From: Candidatus Latescibacterota bacterium
GTDB taxonomy: Bacteria; Latescibacterota; UBA2968; UBA8231
Direction: 5' to 3'
DNA length: 64,000 nucleotides
NCBI GenBank assembly: GCA_965205655.1
Contig: CBDBIJ010000022.1
Location: 1 to 64,000, forward strand
The position numbers and the translations under genes were made by a program. Under the pieces are notes generated by a model that saw only the letters and a program-made list of their open reading frames with translations, made no database searches and was not told the origin of the DNA. This document shows, one piece after another, positions 31,264-41,989 of this stretch (position 1 is its first letter; every line of letters begins with the position of its first letter).

Positions 31264-32358
31264 ATGGCTGACAGAGCGAGAATCGCCGTCATCGGCGCTG
31301 GTTCGTGGTCGGCATTCGCTCACATCCCCACGCTCAAATCCCATCCCGACGTCGACCTCGTCGCCCTCGCCGATATAAACCCGGAGGCGCTGGCAAAGGC
31401 CGCCGAGCACGGGGGGGTGGAGCGCGTCTACACGAACTACAACGAGTTGCTGGACGCGGAGAGCCTCGATGGCGTCGTCGTGGCGGTCTGGCATGCCGCG
31501 CACCACGACACGGCCCGCGCCTGCCTCGAGCGCGGTCTCCACATGCTGCTGGAGAAACCGATGGTACTACAGGCCAGCCACGCCCGCGAGCTGTGCGAGC
31601 TCGCCGACTCCAGGGGATTGGAAATAGTCATGAGCTACCCCTGGCAATTCCTGCCCCAGTCACGGCGGGTCCGCGAGCTGCTATCCTCGGGCAGGCTCGG
31701 CGAGATCGACTACATCGTCGACACCTTCGCCTCCGGCTGCTATCCCCTTTACTGCGGCAGCACCGACAAAGAAGAGCACGACCCCGAGTACGCCGACGGC
31801 AGTCCCGGGCTCGACCACGTGTATGACGATCCTGAGCTCTCCGGCGGTGGTCAAGGACACCTGCAGATGACCCACTCGGCCGCCCTCATGCTCTACCTCA
31901 CCGGTCTCCGCGCCGCCTCCGTGCAGGCGCAGATGAATACGCTCGATACGAGAGTGGACGTCGTCGACTCATGCATCGTCCGCCTCGACAACGGCGCCCT
32001 CGCCACGGTGGGCAGCACCGGCACCTGCACAGTTGGAGAGGGTAGACTCGACCTGCAGATCTATTGCAGGAAGGGATGGATCGAGCTGGAGTACATCGGG
32101 CTGACAGGAACCGTGCACTTCGAGGACGGTAGCGAGGAGGACCTCTCACCTGGAAAGGACGCAGAGGTCGGCTACGGCGAGTTCACAGCCTACCCCGCTC
32201 ACCTGCCCTGCGAGAATCTCGTCGACATCATACTCGAACGCGGACCGAACCTGTCGCCCGGCGTCTATGGCTGGCGCAGCGTCGAGCTGCTCGATGCCGC
32301 CTACCAGTCGGCAGCTCAGGATGGCCGCGTCGTTACCGTCGACTCGCTCTACGCCTGA
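31264..32358 (+). CDS. Gfo/Idh/MocA oxidoreductase
   Basis: IAVIGAG, HMLLEKP, GGGQGHLQMTH. Confidence 0.9.
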   Translation: MADRARIAVIGAGSWSAFAHIPTLKSHPDVDLVALADINPEALAKAAEHGGVERVYTNYNELLDAESLDGVVVAVWHAAHHDTARACLERGLHMLLEKPMVLQASHARELCELADSRGLEIVMSYPWQFLPQSRRVRELLSSGRLGEIDYIVDTFASGCYPLYCGSTDKEEHDPEYADGSPGLDHVYDDPELSGGGQGHLQMTHSAALMLYLTGLRAASVQAQMNTLDTRVDVVDSCIVRLDNGALATVGSTGTCTVGEGRLDLQIYCRKGWIELEYIGLTGTVHFEDGSEEDLSPGKDAEVGYGEFTAYPAHLPCENLVDIILERGPNLSPGVYGWRSVELLDAAYQSAAQDGRVVTVDSLYA

Positions 32359-33021
32359 TCAGCGCTTGCGCGCCAGGGTGAGTCCGTCGCCGATCGACAA
32401 CAGGGACATATCAACCCGCTCGTCGTCTCTGATGGCGGCGTTCAGCTCTCGGATCGCCACCGTGTCTTCATCGTCTTCCTCGGGCTTCGCCGGACGCCCC
32501 GCCCACAGCACGTTGTCGATCATGATGAGACCTCCAGCTCGAACCAGCTCCAGACACCGTTCGTAGTAGGTCCTGTAGTTGACCTTGTCGGCGTCGATGA
32601 AAGCCATGTCGTAGCCGCCCGCTTCGCCGGCCGTCAGCATCTTCTCCAAGGTCTCCGCCGCCGGACCCAGGCGCAGCTCGATTCTGTCCGCCACCCCCGC
32701 CTTCTTCCAATAGCGCCGCGCCACTTTGGCGTAGTCTTCGCTCACATCGCAGGCGATCAGAATGCCGTCGTCGGGCAGCGCTTGCGCCATGACCGTGCTG
32801 CTGTATCCGGTGAATGTTCCCACCTCGATGATCCGTCGCGCCTCCGTCAACCGTACGAGCAGTGCCATGAACTGCCCCTGATCGGGCGAGATCTGCATCA
32901 CGCCGCTCGGCATCTCCGCCGTCTCCTGCCGCAGCTGCTTCAGCAGCGGTGTGTCGCGTAGCGAGGTGTCGAGGATGTAATCGAAGAGTTTCTCGTCGAT
33001 ATAGTCGTTTCTGCTGCTCAT
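32359..33021 (-). CDS. SAM-dependent O-methyltransferase (caffeoyl-CoA/catechol OMT type)
   Basis: MQISPDQG, IEVGTFTGYS, FIDADK, IDNVLWAG, IGDGLTL. Confidence 0.95.
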   Translation of the reverse strand: MSSRNDYIDEKLFDYILDTSLRDTPLLKQLRQETAEMPSGVMQISPDQGQFMALLVRLTEARRIIEVGTFTGYSSTVMAQALPDDGILIACDVSEDYAKVARRYWKKAGVADRIELRLGPAAETLEKMLTAGEAGGYDMAFIDADKVNYRTYYERCLELVRAGGLIMIDNVLWAGRPAKPEEDDEDTVAIRELNAAIRDDERVDMSLLSIGDGLTLARKR

Positions 33022-33034
33022 CTGCCGCGCTCCA

Positions 33035-34264
33035 TCACTCGCCGATAATCAGCTGCAGCGATTTCAGTTTCCGCAGCGCCAGCAGCTCATCCCACTCTAG
33101 GTCCTGCTCGGCCAATCGCATGTTCGGTATCCGTCGCAGGATTGAGTTGATGGCGAGTTGCGTCTCGATCCTGGCGAGCGGTCCGCCGATGCAGAAGTGA
33201 ATGCCGTGACCGAACGCGACGTGCTTGTTTTCTCGCCTTTTGATATCCAGCTGATCCGGCTCGGGGAACTGCTCCGGGTCGCGGTTCGCTGCTCCGATGA
33301 AGAGAGCTACGTACTGCCCCCTCTCGATCCGCTGTCCGCGCAACTCGAGGTCGACGTTCGCGACCCGCGCCTGTCGCATCACTGAGTTATCGTATCTGAG
33401 AAACTCCTCGACCGCGCCCTCGATGAGGCTCGAATCGGACCGCAGCAGCTCGAGCTGGTCCGGAAATCGAAGCAGTGCCAGCACGGCGTTGCCGATCAGG
33501 CCTTCGGTTGTCTCGAACCCGGCGAAGAACAGTTGCACAACCATCGAGATGAGCTCATCGCCGCTGAGCCTGTCACCCTCATGCTCCGCCTCGACGAGTG
33601 CCGTCATCAGGTCATCCTGCGGTTCGCTTCGGCGTCGGGCAGCGAGGTCCAGGAGGTACTCCTTGGCCGCCAGCACGCTCTGCTGTGCGTGTTCCGTCTT
33701 CTCGGGAGTGACGGCGCCGGACGAGAGAAATCCAGCGATGTCGTCGGACCATTCGTGCACGTGGCCGCGGTCCTCGCGCGGGATCCCGAGCATCTCGCAG
33801 ATGACGATGGCCGGGACGTGAAAAGCGAACTCGGCGACGAGATCTATCCGATCACGCCCCTCGAAGGTATCCAGCAGCTCATCGACGATGAGCTGAATCT
33901 TCGGTCGCAGATCGATCAGCGTGCGCGCCGTGAAGGCCTTGCCAATCAGGTTGCGGAGCCTGGTGTGATCCGGCGGATCGGTAAAAACCATCATGCTGGT
34001 CATGTGGTTGAGCAGCGGACGGTACCGCCCCTGGGACCCCGGCGGGAGCCGGTCCAGGATGGAGGCAATCCGGTCTCCGCAGTTCAGCCTCGGATCGGTG
34101 AGGCCCTGGAGGACGTCGTCGTAGCGCGTGACGAGCCAGGCCTGCAGGCGCTCGCACCAGTAGACGGGCGCTTCGGCCCGCAGCTGACGAAAGAGGGGAT
34201 ACGGATCGGCGAAGTACTCCGGCGTCAGGAAAACCTCATCGAAGGAGCCAGGCGCGGAATCCAT
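33035..34264 (-). CDS. Cytochrome P450
   Basis: DPPDHTRLR, AGFETT (I-helix), EEFLR, ANRDP, FGHGIHFCIG. Start ATG at 34264 is coupled to the upstream stop. Confidence 0.96.
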   Translation of the reverse strand: MDSAPGSFDEVFLTPEYFADPYPLFRQLRAEAPVYWCERLQAWLVTRYDDVLQGLTDPRLNCGDRIASILDRLPPGSQGRYRPLLNHMTSMMVFTDPPDHTRLRNLIGKAFTARTLIDLRPKIQLIVDELLDTFEGRDRIDLVAEFAFHVPAIVICEMLGIPREDRGHVHEWSDDIAGFLSSGAVTPEKTEHAQQSVLAAKEYLLDLAARRRSEPQDDLMTALVEAEHEGDRLSGDELISMVVQLFFAGFETTEGLIGNAVLALLRFPDQLELLRSDSSLIEGAVEEFLRYDNSVMRQARVANVDLELRGQRIERGQYVALFIGAANRDPEQFPEPDQLDIKRRENKHVAFGHGIHFCIGGPLARIETQLAINSILRRIPNMRLAEQDLEWDELLALRKLKSLQLIIGE

Positions 34265-35295
34265 CAATCCGTCCGTCGCAGTAGCTCGCCATCCGTCGGC
34301 CGCGCGTACGGCAGCTGCAGATCCGCCACCGTCAGAAAACCGGGCCGCGCCTCCACCACCCTCGGGATGCAGTTGGCGATCATGGCTGCCGTTCCCAGCT
34401 GGGGCTGACACCCCGGGTTGATCACGAGATTGATGGAGTTGAGGCCCTCGATGGAAATCGAGTCCTCCGCCGTGTAGCCGGCCTGTCCGCCGTAGGCGGT
34501 GAACTCCGCCGCGATCCAGGGATCGCCTGCCACGAAGCCCGTCACTCGCTGCACCAACCCGCCCGTCTTTCCGGGTTCCACCTTCAGGTGCTCGTTCACC
34601 GAGCCGTCTTCGGCGACCATCGACTCGAACGACTCCGTAATCCGCTCGAGGCTCCTCCCTAAACATTTCGCTACGAGCGCAAATCCCTGCCTGAACCCGA
34701 TGTGTCCGGTGATTGCACCGGCGCTCACCCGCTCTTCGAACTCCGCCGGCGAGAACCCCAATCCCATCCGTCGTTGAATGGTGGCGCTGAATCGGGAAAT
34801 GTCGACGACCCGTCGTATCCGAATACTGCGCACGTCCCAGGCGATGGCAGACACAGTCAGTACCAGCGTATCGAAGATGAAGCCGGGGTTGAGTCCCACC
34901 CCGAGCAGGGTTACGCCGCGCTGCCTGGCCAGCTCATCCAGCTCGTTGGCGAGCCCCTCGTCGATCGACCACGGATAGAAAGCCTCTTCGGCCGTGGTGA
35001 TGACGTCGAGTCCGCGCTCGGCGCCGGCGCGCACGTCGTCCGCCACCTCTCTCAGGAACGACGTCGTCGCCACCAGCAGCAGATCGGCCGGTTTCGCCAG
35101 TGCTTCCTCCCGGCTGGCGACGACCTGAACGCCCAGCGGCTCGACTCCGGCGAGCACACCCACATCCTGTCCTACGAGATTGGGGTTGCGCGAGCACGCC
35201 GCCACCACCTCGTAGCCGGGCCGCGCGCTCAATAAGCGCGTGACGTTGCGGCCCACGCCGCCGACCCCCGATAGAATGACTCCGATCTCCGACAT
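34264..35295 (-). CDS. NAD(P)-dependent dehydrogenase, 2,4-diaminopentanoate dehydrogenase / DapB-like
   Basis: GVGGVG, DVITTAEE, GVGLNPGF, ANCIPRVVEARPG. Confidence 0.8.
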   Translation of the reverse strand: MSEIGVILSGVGGVGRNVTRLLSARPGYEVVAACSRNPNLVGQDVGVLAGVEPLGVQVVASREEALAKPADLLLVATTSFLREVADDVRAGAERGLDVITTAEEAFYPWSIDEGLANELDELARQRGVTLLGVGLNPGFIFDTLVLTVSAIAWDVRSIRIRRVVDISRFSATIQRRMGLGFSPAEFEERVSAGAITGHIGFRQGFALVAKCLGRSLERITESFESMVAEDGSVNEHLKVEPGKTGGLVQRVTGFVAGDPWIAAEFTAYGGQAGYTAEDSISIEGLNSINLVINPGCQPQLGTAAMIANCIPRVVEARPGFLTVADLQLPYARPTDGELLRRTD

Positions 35296-35308
35296 CGCGA
35301 TGACGCGC

Positions 35309-36751
35309 CTACAGATCCAGGTCGCCCAGAAGCTCGCCGAACTGGGCGACGATGAGGTCGACGCACTCTTTTACAGGCGGTGCGGATATGTTGTACGACT
35401 TCAGCGACGCGTCGATGGCCATACCCCCCTGCCTGACCGTCTCCGCCGAAGGCCAGTAGGCGAAAACGCCGTTGCAGTAGCCGCCGAAAATCGTGTGAGC
35501 GGCCTTCGACCGTTGCTTGACTCCCAGTCCGATCTCCACGAACGGCTCGCCCGGCATGGTGACGAGAGCGATGTCGTCTATCCGAAAACCAACGATGTCG
35601 AAGGTGAGGTCTTCCTGGGTGATGCCCGACTCGATCTTGTCGACCACGCCCTGAGCCCAGCGTTCCACCAGACGGGCGGGATAAGTCTTTGTAGGTGATT
35701 CCCCCGCGCTCTCCAGCTTCCGCACGTTTTCGCTCGCCGCGGCCAGTGCCGCTTCCGCCTCCTCCGGCGAAGGCAGCTCTTGAAGCGGCACCGTCGCCTG
35801 ACGGCTCGCTGACTTGAGGATCCGATGGGTCGGTCCTTCGCTGAACTCCTTGTGATAAAAGGCGACGTTCGACAGCGAGGCGCCCTCCTCCCGCACCACC
35901 TCGTGGGGGTGGGTTTCAATATCGAAAAACGCCTGCACTGCCGCTCCACCGATGATGCCACCCGTCCGCTCCTTCTCGCCCCAGTCATCCTGGAGGAAGG
36001 ACAGCGTCGCCTGGTTGCCGGCTGCCCCGGTGAGGAAGAGACAGGCCGCCCCCGTGACCTGCTCGACGAGGCACCGCACCACACCGGGGTAGTCCTGGCT
36101 GAGGTAGTAGGTGTGATACCCCATCACCACCGGATGCGCCGCGTAGCTCACCAGCGTGGCGATCGGGTTGCCGTCGATATCGTCCACCCGCAGCACGTCG
36201 ACGCTGTGGTCGGTCGTGCCTTCCGGATTGCGCCCTACGAGCACCCGCCCGTCGGCAACCTTCTCCTCGCGGTTGATGGCCACGGCCGCTTGCCCGCTGC
36301 CGGCGCCGACGCGGGCGGGCTCTCTGTTGTCGTCGGCAAAGGCGGCCATACCTGCCAGCTGACCCTTCAGGTTCTCGATGTAGGAGTCGAGCACCGCCCG
36401 CTCGGTCGGGTCGCCGCCAACGTCGTGAACACCACCCAGCGTGCCTCGGGTCGTGCTGGGACCGTTGTGCGTGTGGGTGCAGCCGACGGCCACGCAGCTG
36501 GCGGAGGTTCCGACTCGGCCGGCGATCGCCTCTCGTATTTCCTGTGCGAGCGGCAGGTCGAAGCCGATCAGATCGCAATCGACGATGACGATTTTGGTGT
36601 TGTCGTCGGCCAGTAACAATGTCGTGGCCAGCAGTGACGACTCGACCGCCGTCGAGCCCTCCGTGCGCCTCATGGCGCCCTGCATCCGGAAACCCACCGG
36701 CGGCGTGATGTCCACCCGCGCGACTCCGGCGGTCAGAGTATTCTCGCTCAT
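35309..36751 (-). CDS. Neutral/alkaline ceramidase-like amidohydrolase
   Basis: AGVARVDITPP, CTHTHNGP, INR, YAAHP, DYPG, GAAGN, PGEPF, GYCNG. Confidence 0.8.
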   Translation of the reverse strand: MSENTLTAGVARVDITPPVGFRMQGAMRRTEGSTAVESSLLATTLLLADDNTKIVIVDCDLIGFDLPLAQEIREAIAGRVGTSASCVAVGCTHTHNGPSTTRGTLGGVHDVGGDPTERAVLDSYIENLKGQLAGMAAFADDNREPARVGAGSGQAAVAINREEKVADGRVLVGRNPEGTTDHSVDVLRVDDIDGNPIATLVSYAAHPVVMGYHTYYLSQDYPGVVRCLVEQVTGAACLFLTGAAGNQATLSFLQDDWGEKERTGGIIGGAAVQAFFDIETHPHEVVREEGASLSNVAFYHKEFSEGPTHRILKSASRQATVPLQELPSPEEAEAALAAASENVRKLESAGESPTKTYPARLVERWAQGVVDKIESGITQEDLTFDIVGFRIDDIALVTMPGEPFVEIGLGVKQRSKAAHTIFGGYCNGVFAYWPSAETVRQGGMAIDASLKSYNISAPPVKECVDLIVAQFGELLGDLDL

Positions 36752-36918
36752 TCTCTCTCTCTTCTCGTACGGGGTGTATTCGCTGCTGTGTGCCGTTGCC
36801 GTGCGCCTAACCTTTGCTCCCGGACTTCACCGTGTCAATGAGGGACAGCTTGACGTGTCTGGGCCATCAACTACGCTTTCGCCTCCGAATCAATCGGCCC
36901 ATCACTGGAGATTATCCG

Positions 36919-37947
36919 ATGAATCAACAGGAAAGATCAGAGCGTCTTCGCATCGAGCTCATTCACGCTCGTCACCTGGAAAAGAACAAGCTCGGAGACC
37001 CTGCCGACCGCAACCTCACCATCTTTCTGCCGCGCTCCTATCACAAGTCGAAGACCCGGCGCTACCCGGCGGCCTACCTCCTGCACGGCTTCGGCAGTTC
37101 TGCCTGGAACTGGGCAGCCGACTTCAACATTTCGACCGGGCCCAAGTGGCAATCCTTCACGCATTCGGCCGACGCCCTCATGGCGGGACGAAAATGCAAA
37201 GAGATGATCCTCGTCATGCCGGACGGCTGGAATCGGCTTGGGTGCAGTCAATGGGTCGATTCGGGTGTCAACGGCAACTACGCCAAATACGTCGCTGAGG
37301 ACGTGGTGAACTACGTCGACGCCAACTACCGAACGGTGGCCGAGCGATCGCATCGCATGGTTGGGGGTGTGTCGAGCGGAGGCATAGGCGCCTTTCACGT
37401 CGCTGGCGAAAATCCCGACGTCTTCGGCGCCGTGGCGATCAGAAGCGCCGATTGTTACTTCGAGGTGACGCACGTGCCGTGGTTGGCGCGTCTCGTGAAC
37501 GCCTCGTGGCCGAAGGGCTTTCGAGGTCCCCTGCCCGGCGATTTCGACACTTGGTACTGCTACGGACTCGCCGCAGCCTACTCACCGAACCCCCGCAAGC
37601 CGCCCTTCTACTGCGACCTGCCCATCAGCTTCCCCACAGGAGAGCTCATCGATGAAGTCTGGCAAAAGTGGCTCCACTTCGACCCCATCATCGCCTACGA
37701 GCGCTACGTGCCTGCGTTCAGGAGCATGAGTGTGTTTACCGACTGTGGATCGAAGGATGAGTACGATTTTCACCTCGGGCACAGGATTCTCCACGAGCGA
37801 CTCAAAAAAGCGCGCGTCAAGCACGTTTATGAAGAGTTCGACGGCAAGCACGGCAACCGCAACAACGAGCGGACGCTGCGAACACTGGAATGGTTCAGCT
37901 CTTTGCTGCCCGCAGGCGCCAGGCGACGAGTGACGCGGCGACGATGA
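36919..37947 (+). CDS. Alpha/beta-hydrolase esterase (Fes-like)
   Basis: RYPAAYLLHG, GVSSGG nucleophile elbow, DCGSKDE, EFDGKH. Confidence 0.85.
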   Translation: MNQQERSERLRIELIHARHLEKNKLGDPADRNLTIFLPRSYHKSKTRRYPAAYLLHGFGSSAWNWAADFNISTGPKWQSFTHSADALMAGRKCKEMILVMPDGWNRLGCSQWVDSGVNGNYAKYVAEDVVNYVDANYRTVAERSHRMVGGVSSGGIGAFHVAGENPDVFGAVAIRSADCYFEVTHVPWLARLVNASWPKGFRGPLPGDFDTWYCYGLAAAYSPNPRKPPFYCDLPISFPTGELIDEVWQKWLHFDPIIAYERYVPAFRSMSVFTDCGSKDEYDFHLGHRILHERLKKARVKHVYEEFDGKHGNRNNERTLRTLEWFSSLLPAGARRRVTRRR

Positions 37948-38036
37948 GCCGCACTAACATGGCTCGCCCGGGCGCGACTGGTCCTTTCGATTCGATGCCC
38001 CCTCAGGCGCTATCGTCGACAGTGAAATCGTGGCAA

Positions 38037-39098
38037 CTACATCCAGCCGTGCTCTCTCGTCGTCACCATGCCCGATGATTGCGTTGCCCAGCTTGCCCCC
38101 CCTTCCAGCATCACCTCCCGACCGATGATGGCCGACTGCTCGGCGGCGAATACGATCTCCATGATGTGCCGGCCGTACTCTCCGTGCGTGGGCGGCTCGA
38201 TATCCTGCTGAATCGCCTCGGCGAACGTCCTCCACTCGTGGTGCAGATCATGCGGAGGCTCGTCGAACGGCACATCCTCCCACCGCTCTCCCTTTCCGAC
38301 CCGGACGTACTTCTCGAAGTGCTCGCTGAACTTGAGAGACCCGTTGGCGCAGATCACGTGGTTCTCGTAGGTCGGCCCGCCGTCCTGGTACCCCACTGTC
38401 ACGGCGACGCCTGAGAGCCCATTCTTGTAGCGGATGAACGCTGTGGCCGAGTCGTCGCTCGCCTGGTAGTGCGCCCGCGTGCCGATGGCCGCCGAGACTG
38501 ACACGGCCTGTGAGGCCATCATCCACGTGAGCCGGTCCACGACGTGAACGCCGTTCGTCATCCACATCCCCCCGCCGTGAAAGCGGCTGCGGTACTGAGG
38601 CGGGCGGGCGGAGAATCCCCAGTTCTTGCACATACACGCCACCGCCGTGATGATGGGCCCCAGCTCGCCCGAGTCGAGAATCTCTTTCGCCTTCATGCTC
38701 GTGGCGTAGAAGTGCTGCGTGTACCCCAGCATCAGCTTAACCCCGTTCGCCGCCGCTGCCGCCACCATGTCGTCGCACTGCTCCAGGTTGATCGCCATCG
38801 GTTTCTCCACCAGCACGTGCTTGCCGGCGTTGCACGCGTCCACGGTGAGCCGGTGATGCAGGTGATGGCCCAGAGTCACAGCCACCGCGTCGATCTCGTC
38901 ATCCCGAAGCAGCTCCTCGTGGGAGCCGTAGGACCTCGGCACTCCATACTCATCCATGAACTCCCGCCGTTTTTCCGGCAGCAGGTCAGCCACAGCGACG
39001 AGCTCGACTTGCTCTACCGTCGCGATCGCTTCACAGTGGACGTTGGCCATTCCCCCCAGCCCGATGATTCCAACTCGCACCTTCTCCACTCGGCGCAC
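38037..39098 (-). CDS. Gfo/Idh/MocA oxidoreductase
   Basis: VGIIGLGG, AGKHVLVEKP, GGGMWMTNGVH. Confidence 0.9.
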   Translation of the reverse strand: MRRVEKVRVGIIGLGGMANVHCEAIATVEQVELVAVADLLPEKRREFMDEYGVPRSYGSHEELLRDDEIDAVAVTLGHHLHHRLTVDACNAGKHVLVEKPMAINLEQCDDMVAAAAANGVKLMLGYTQHFYATSMKAKEILDSGELGPIITAVACMCKNWGFSARPPQYRSRFHGGGMWMTNGVHVVDRLTWMMASQAVSVSAAIGTRAHYQASDDSATAFIRYKNGLSGVAVTVGYQDGGPTYENHVICANGSLKFSEHFEKYVRVGKGERWEDVPFDEPPHDLHHEWRTFAEAIQQDIEPPTHGEYGRHIMEIVFAAEQSAIIGREVMLEGGASWATQSSGMVTTREHGWM

Positions 39099-39112
39099 CC
39101 TCCTCTATTATT

Positions 39113-39532
39113 TTGAGATCAATCTTCTATATTCCCCCGCAATCGACGCCGGGCCAAGCGGAGAAAATAATAGACAAAGCGACCCTGTTGCGCGCCAACG
39201 AAACCGAGAGTATATCCGATGAATGGGGATCCCTCACCTGGTACGCCGGACGCAAGCTCGGTAATTCCACCGACATGACCATCGGAAAGGCATTCATAAA
39301 ACCGGGCTGCGAGAATCCCCTGCACTCGCACCCGAACTGCTCCGAGGTGCTCGTCGTGCTGCAGGGCAGGATAGCGCATGTCATCGAGGACGGCAAAGAG
39401 GTGGAAATGGACGTGGGTGACACCATCAACTTGCCCCGAGCTCTGCCTCACAAGGCCCGCAACATCGGCGACGAGGACGCCGTCCTCTTCATCGCCTTCT
39501 CCTCAGCCGACAGGCAGATGAAGCTGGAGTGA
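39113..39532 (+). CDS. Cupin domain protein (true start uncertain, probably near 39165)
   Basis: PLHSHPNCSEVLVVLQG...PHKARN metal-binding cupin motifs. Confidence 0.85.
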   Translation: MRSIFYIPPQSTPGQAEKIIDKATLLRANETESISDEWGSLTWYAGRKLGNSTDMTIGKAFIKPGCENPLHSHPNCSEVLVVLQGRIAHVIEDGKEVEMDVGDTINLPRALPHKARNIGDEDAVLFIAFSSADRQMKLE

Positions 39533-39853
39533 TCACCCGATCTTGTCGCCGATACCATCTGCCAGCGCCCCCTTCCTCACCCCCACCACCGACACATCCT
39601 CTCGCCCCGCCTTTTGCGTCACCTGGCTCAGAGGCGAAACACGGTAAACCCGCGTCCCGAAGCGGCCCAGCCGCGCCAGCTCCCGCTGCGTGCCCGCTGC
39701 CAGGCTCGAATCGACGAACACGAATGCCAGCTCCTTCGTACGGCGCACGGCCGACAGCCCCAGCACTGTGTCTCCCGACTGGCAGCCGATGCCCACCAGA
39801 GACGCCAGCGATGCGGCTACTGCCGCGTCGAGCTCTTCAACTTCCGCTTCCAT
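39533..39853 (-). CDS. L7Ae/L30e-like RNA-binding protein
   Basis: Last 106 codons of shadow ORF 39533-40843, from ATG 39853: SLVGIGCQSGDTVLGLSAV...FVFVDSSLAAGT...LSQVTQKAGREDVSVVGVRKGALADGI, resembling the YlxQ/L7Ae pattern. Confidence 0.6.
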   Translation of the reverse strand: MEAEVEELDAAVAASLASLVGIGCQSGDTVLGLSAVRRTKELAFVFVDSSLAAGTQRELARLGRFGTRVYRVSPLSQVTQKAGREDVSVVGVRKGALADGIGDKIG

Positions 39854-39907
39854 TTGCGCCTGCCTATAATAGTCCCCCCCACCGAACGAGACGAGTGAGG
39901 CCTGATC

Positions 39908-41596
<1,689 letters not shown>

Positions 41597-41611
41597 GCTC
41601 CCGCGGAAGTG

Positions 41612-41989
41612 TCACGAGTCGAGAATGGCGTACGCTTCGATCTCTACGCGCAGGTGGGGTTCCAGCAGCGCCGCGACGGCCACCAGCGTCGACGCCGGCA
41701 GGATCTGCCCGAACACCTCGCCGTGGGCGCGGGCCACGAGGTCTTTGTCTTTGGTGTCGGTGATGTAGACGACGGTGCGCACCACGTCGTCGAAGCTCGC
41801 TCCCGCCTCGGCCAGCGCCGTGCCGATGATCTCCAGCGCCCCCTTCGCCTGCTCGTAGGCATCACCCGTGTCGTGCGGCGGTCGGGCGCAGGTACCGGCG
41901 ACATGGACCTGCTCGCCCACACGCACCGCCCGGCAGTAACCAAAGGTGTCCTCGAAGGGCGCCCCCGACGATATGTTCGTCCGCGTCAC
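41612..41989 (-). CDS. RidA/YjgF family protein
   Basis: ISSGAPFE, GYCRAVRVG, DVVRT, PASTLV, VEIEA. Confidence 0.9.
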   Translation of the reverse strand: MTRTNISSGAPFEDTFGYCRAVRVGEQVHVAGTCARPPHDTGDAYEQAKGALEIIGTALAEAGASFDDVVRTVVYITDTKDKDLVARAHGEVFGQILPASTLVAVAALLEPHLRVEIEAYAILDS

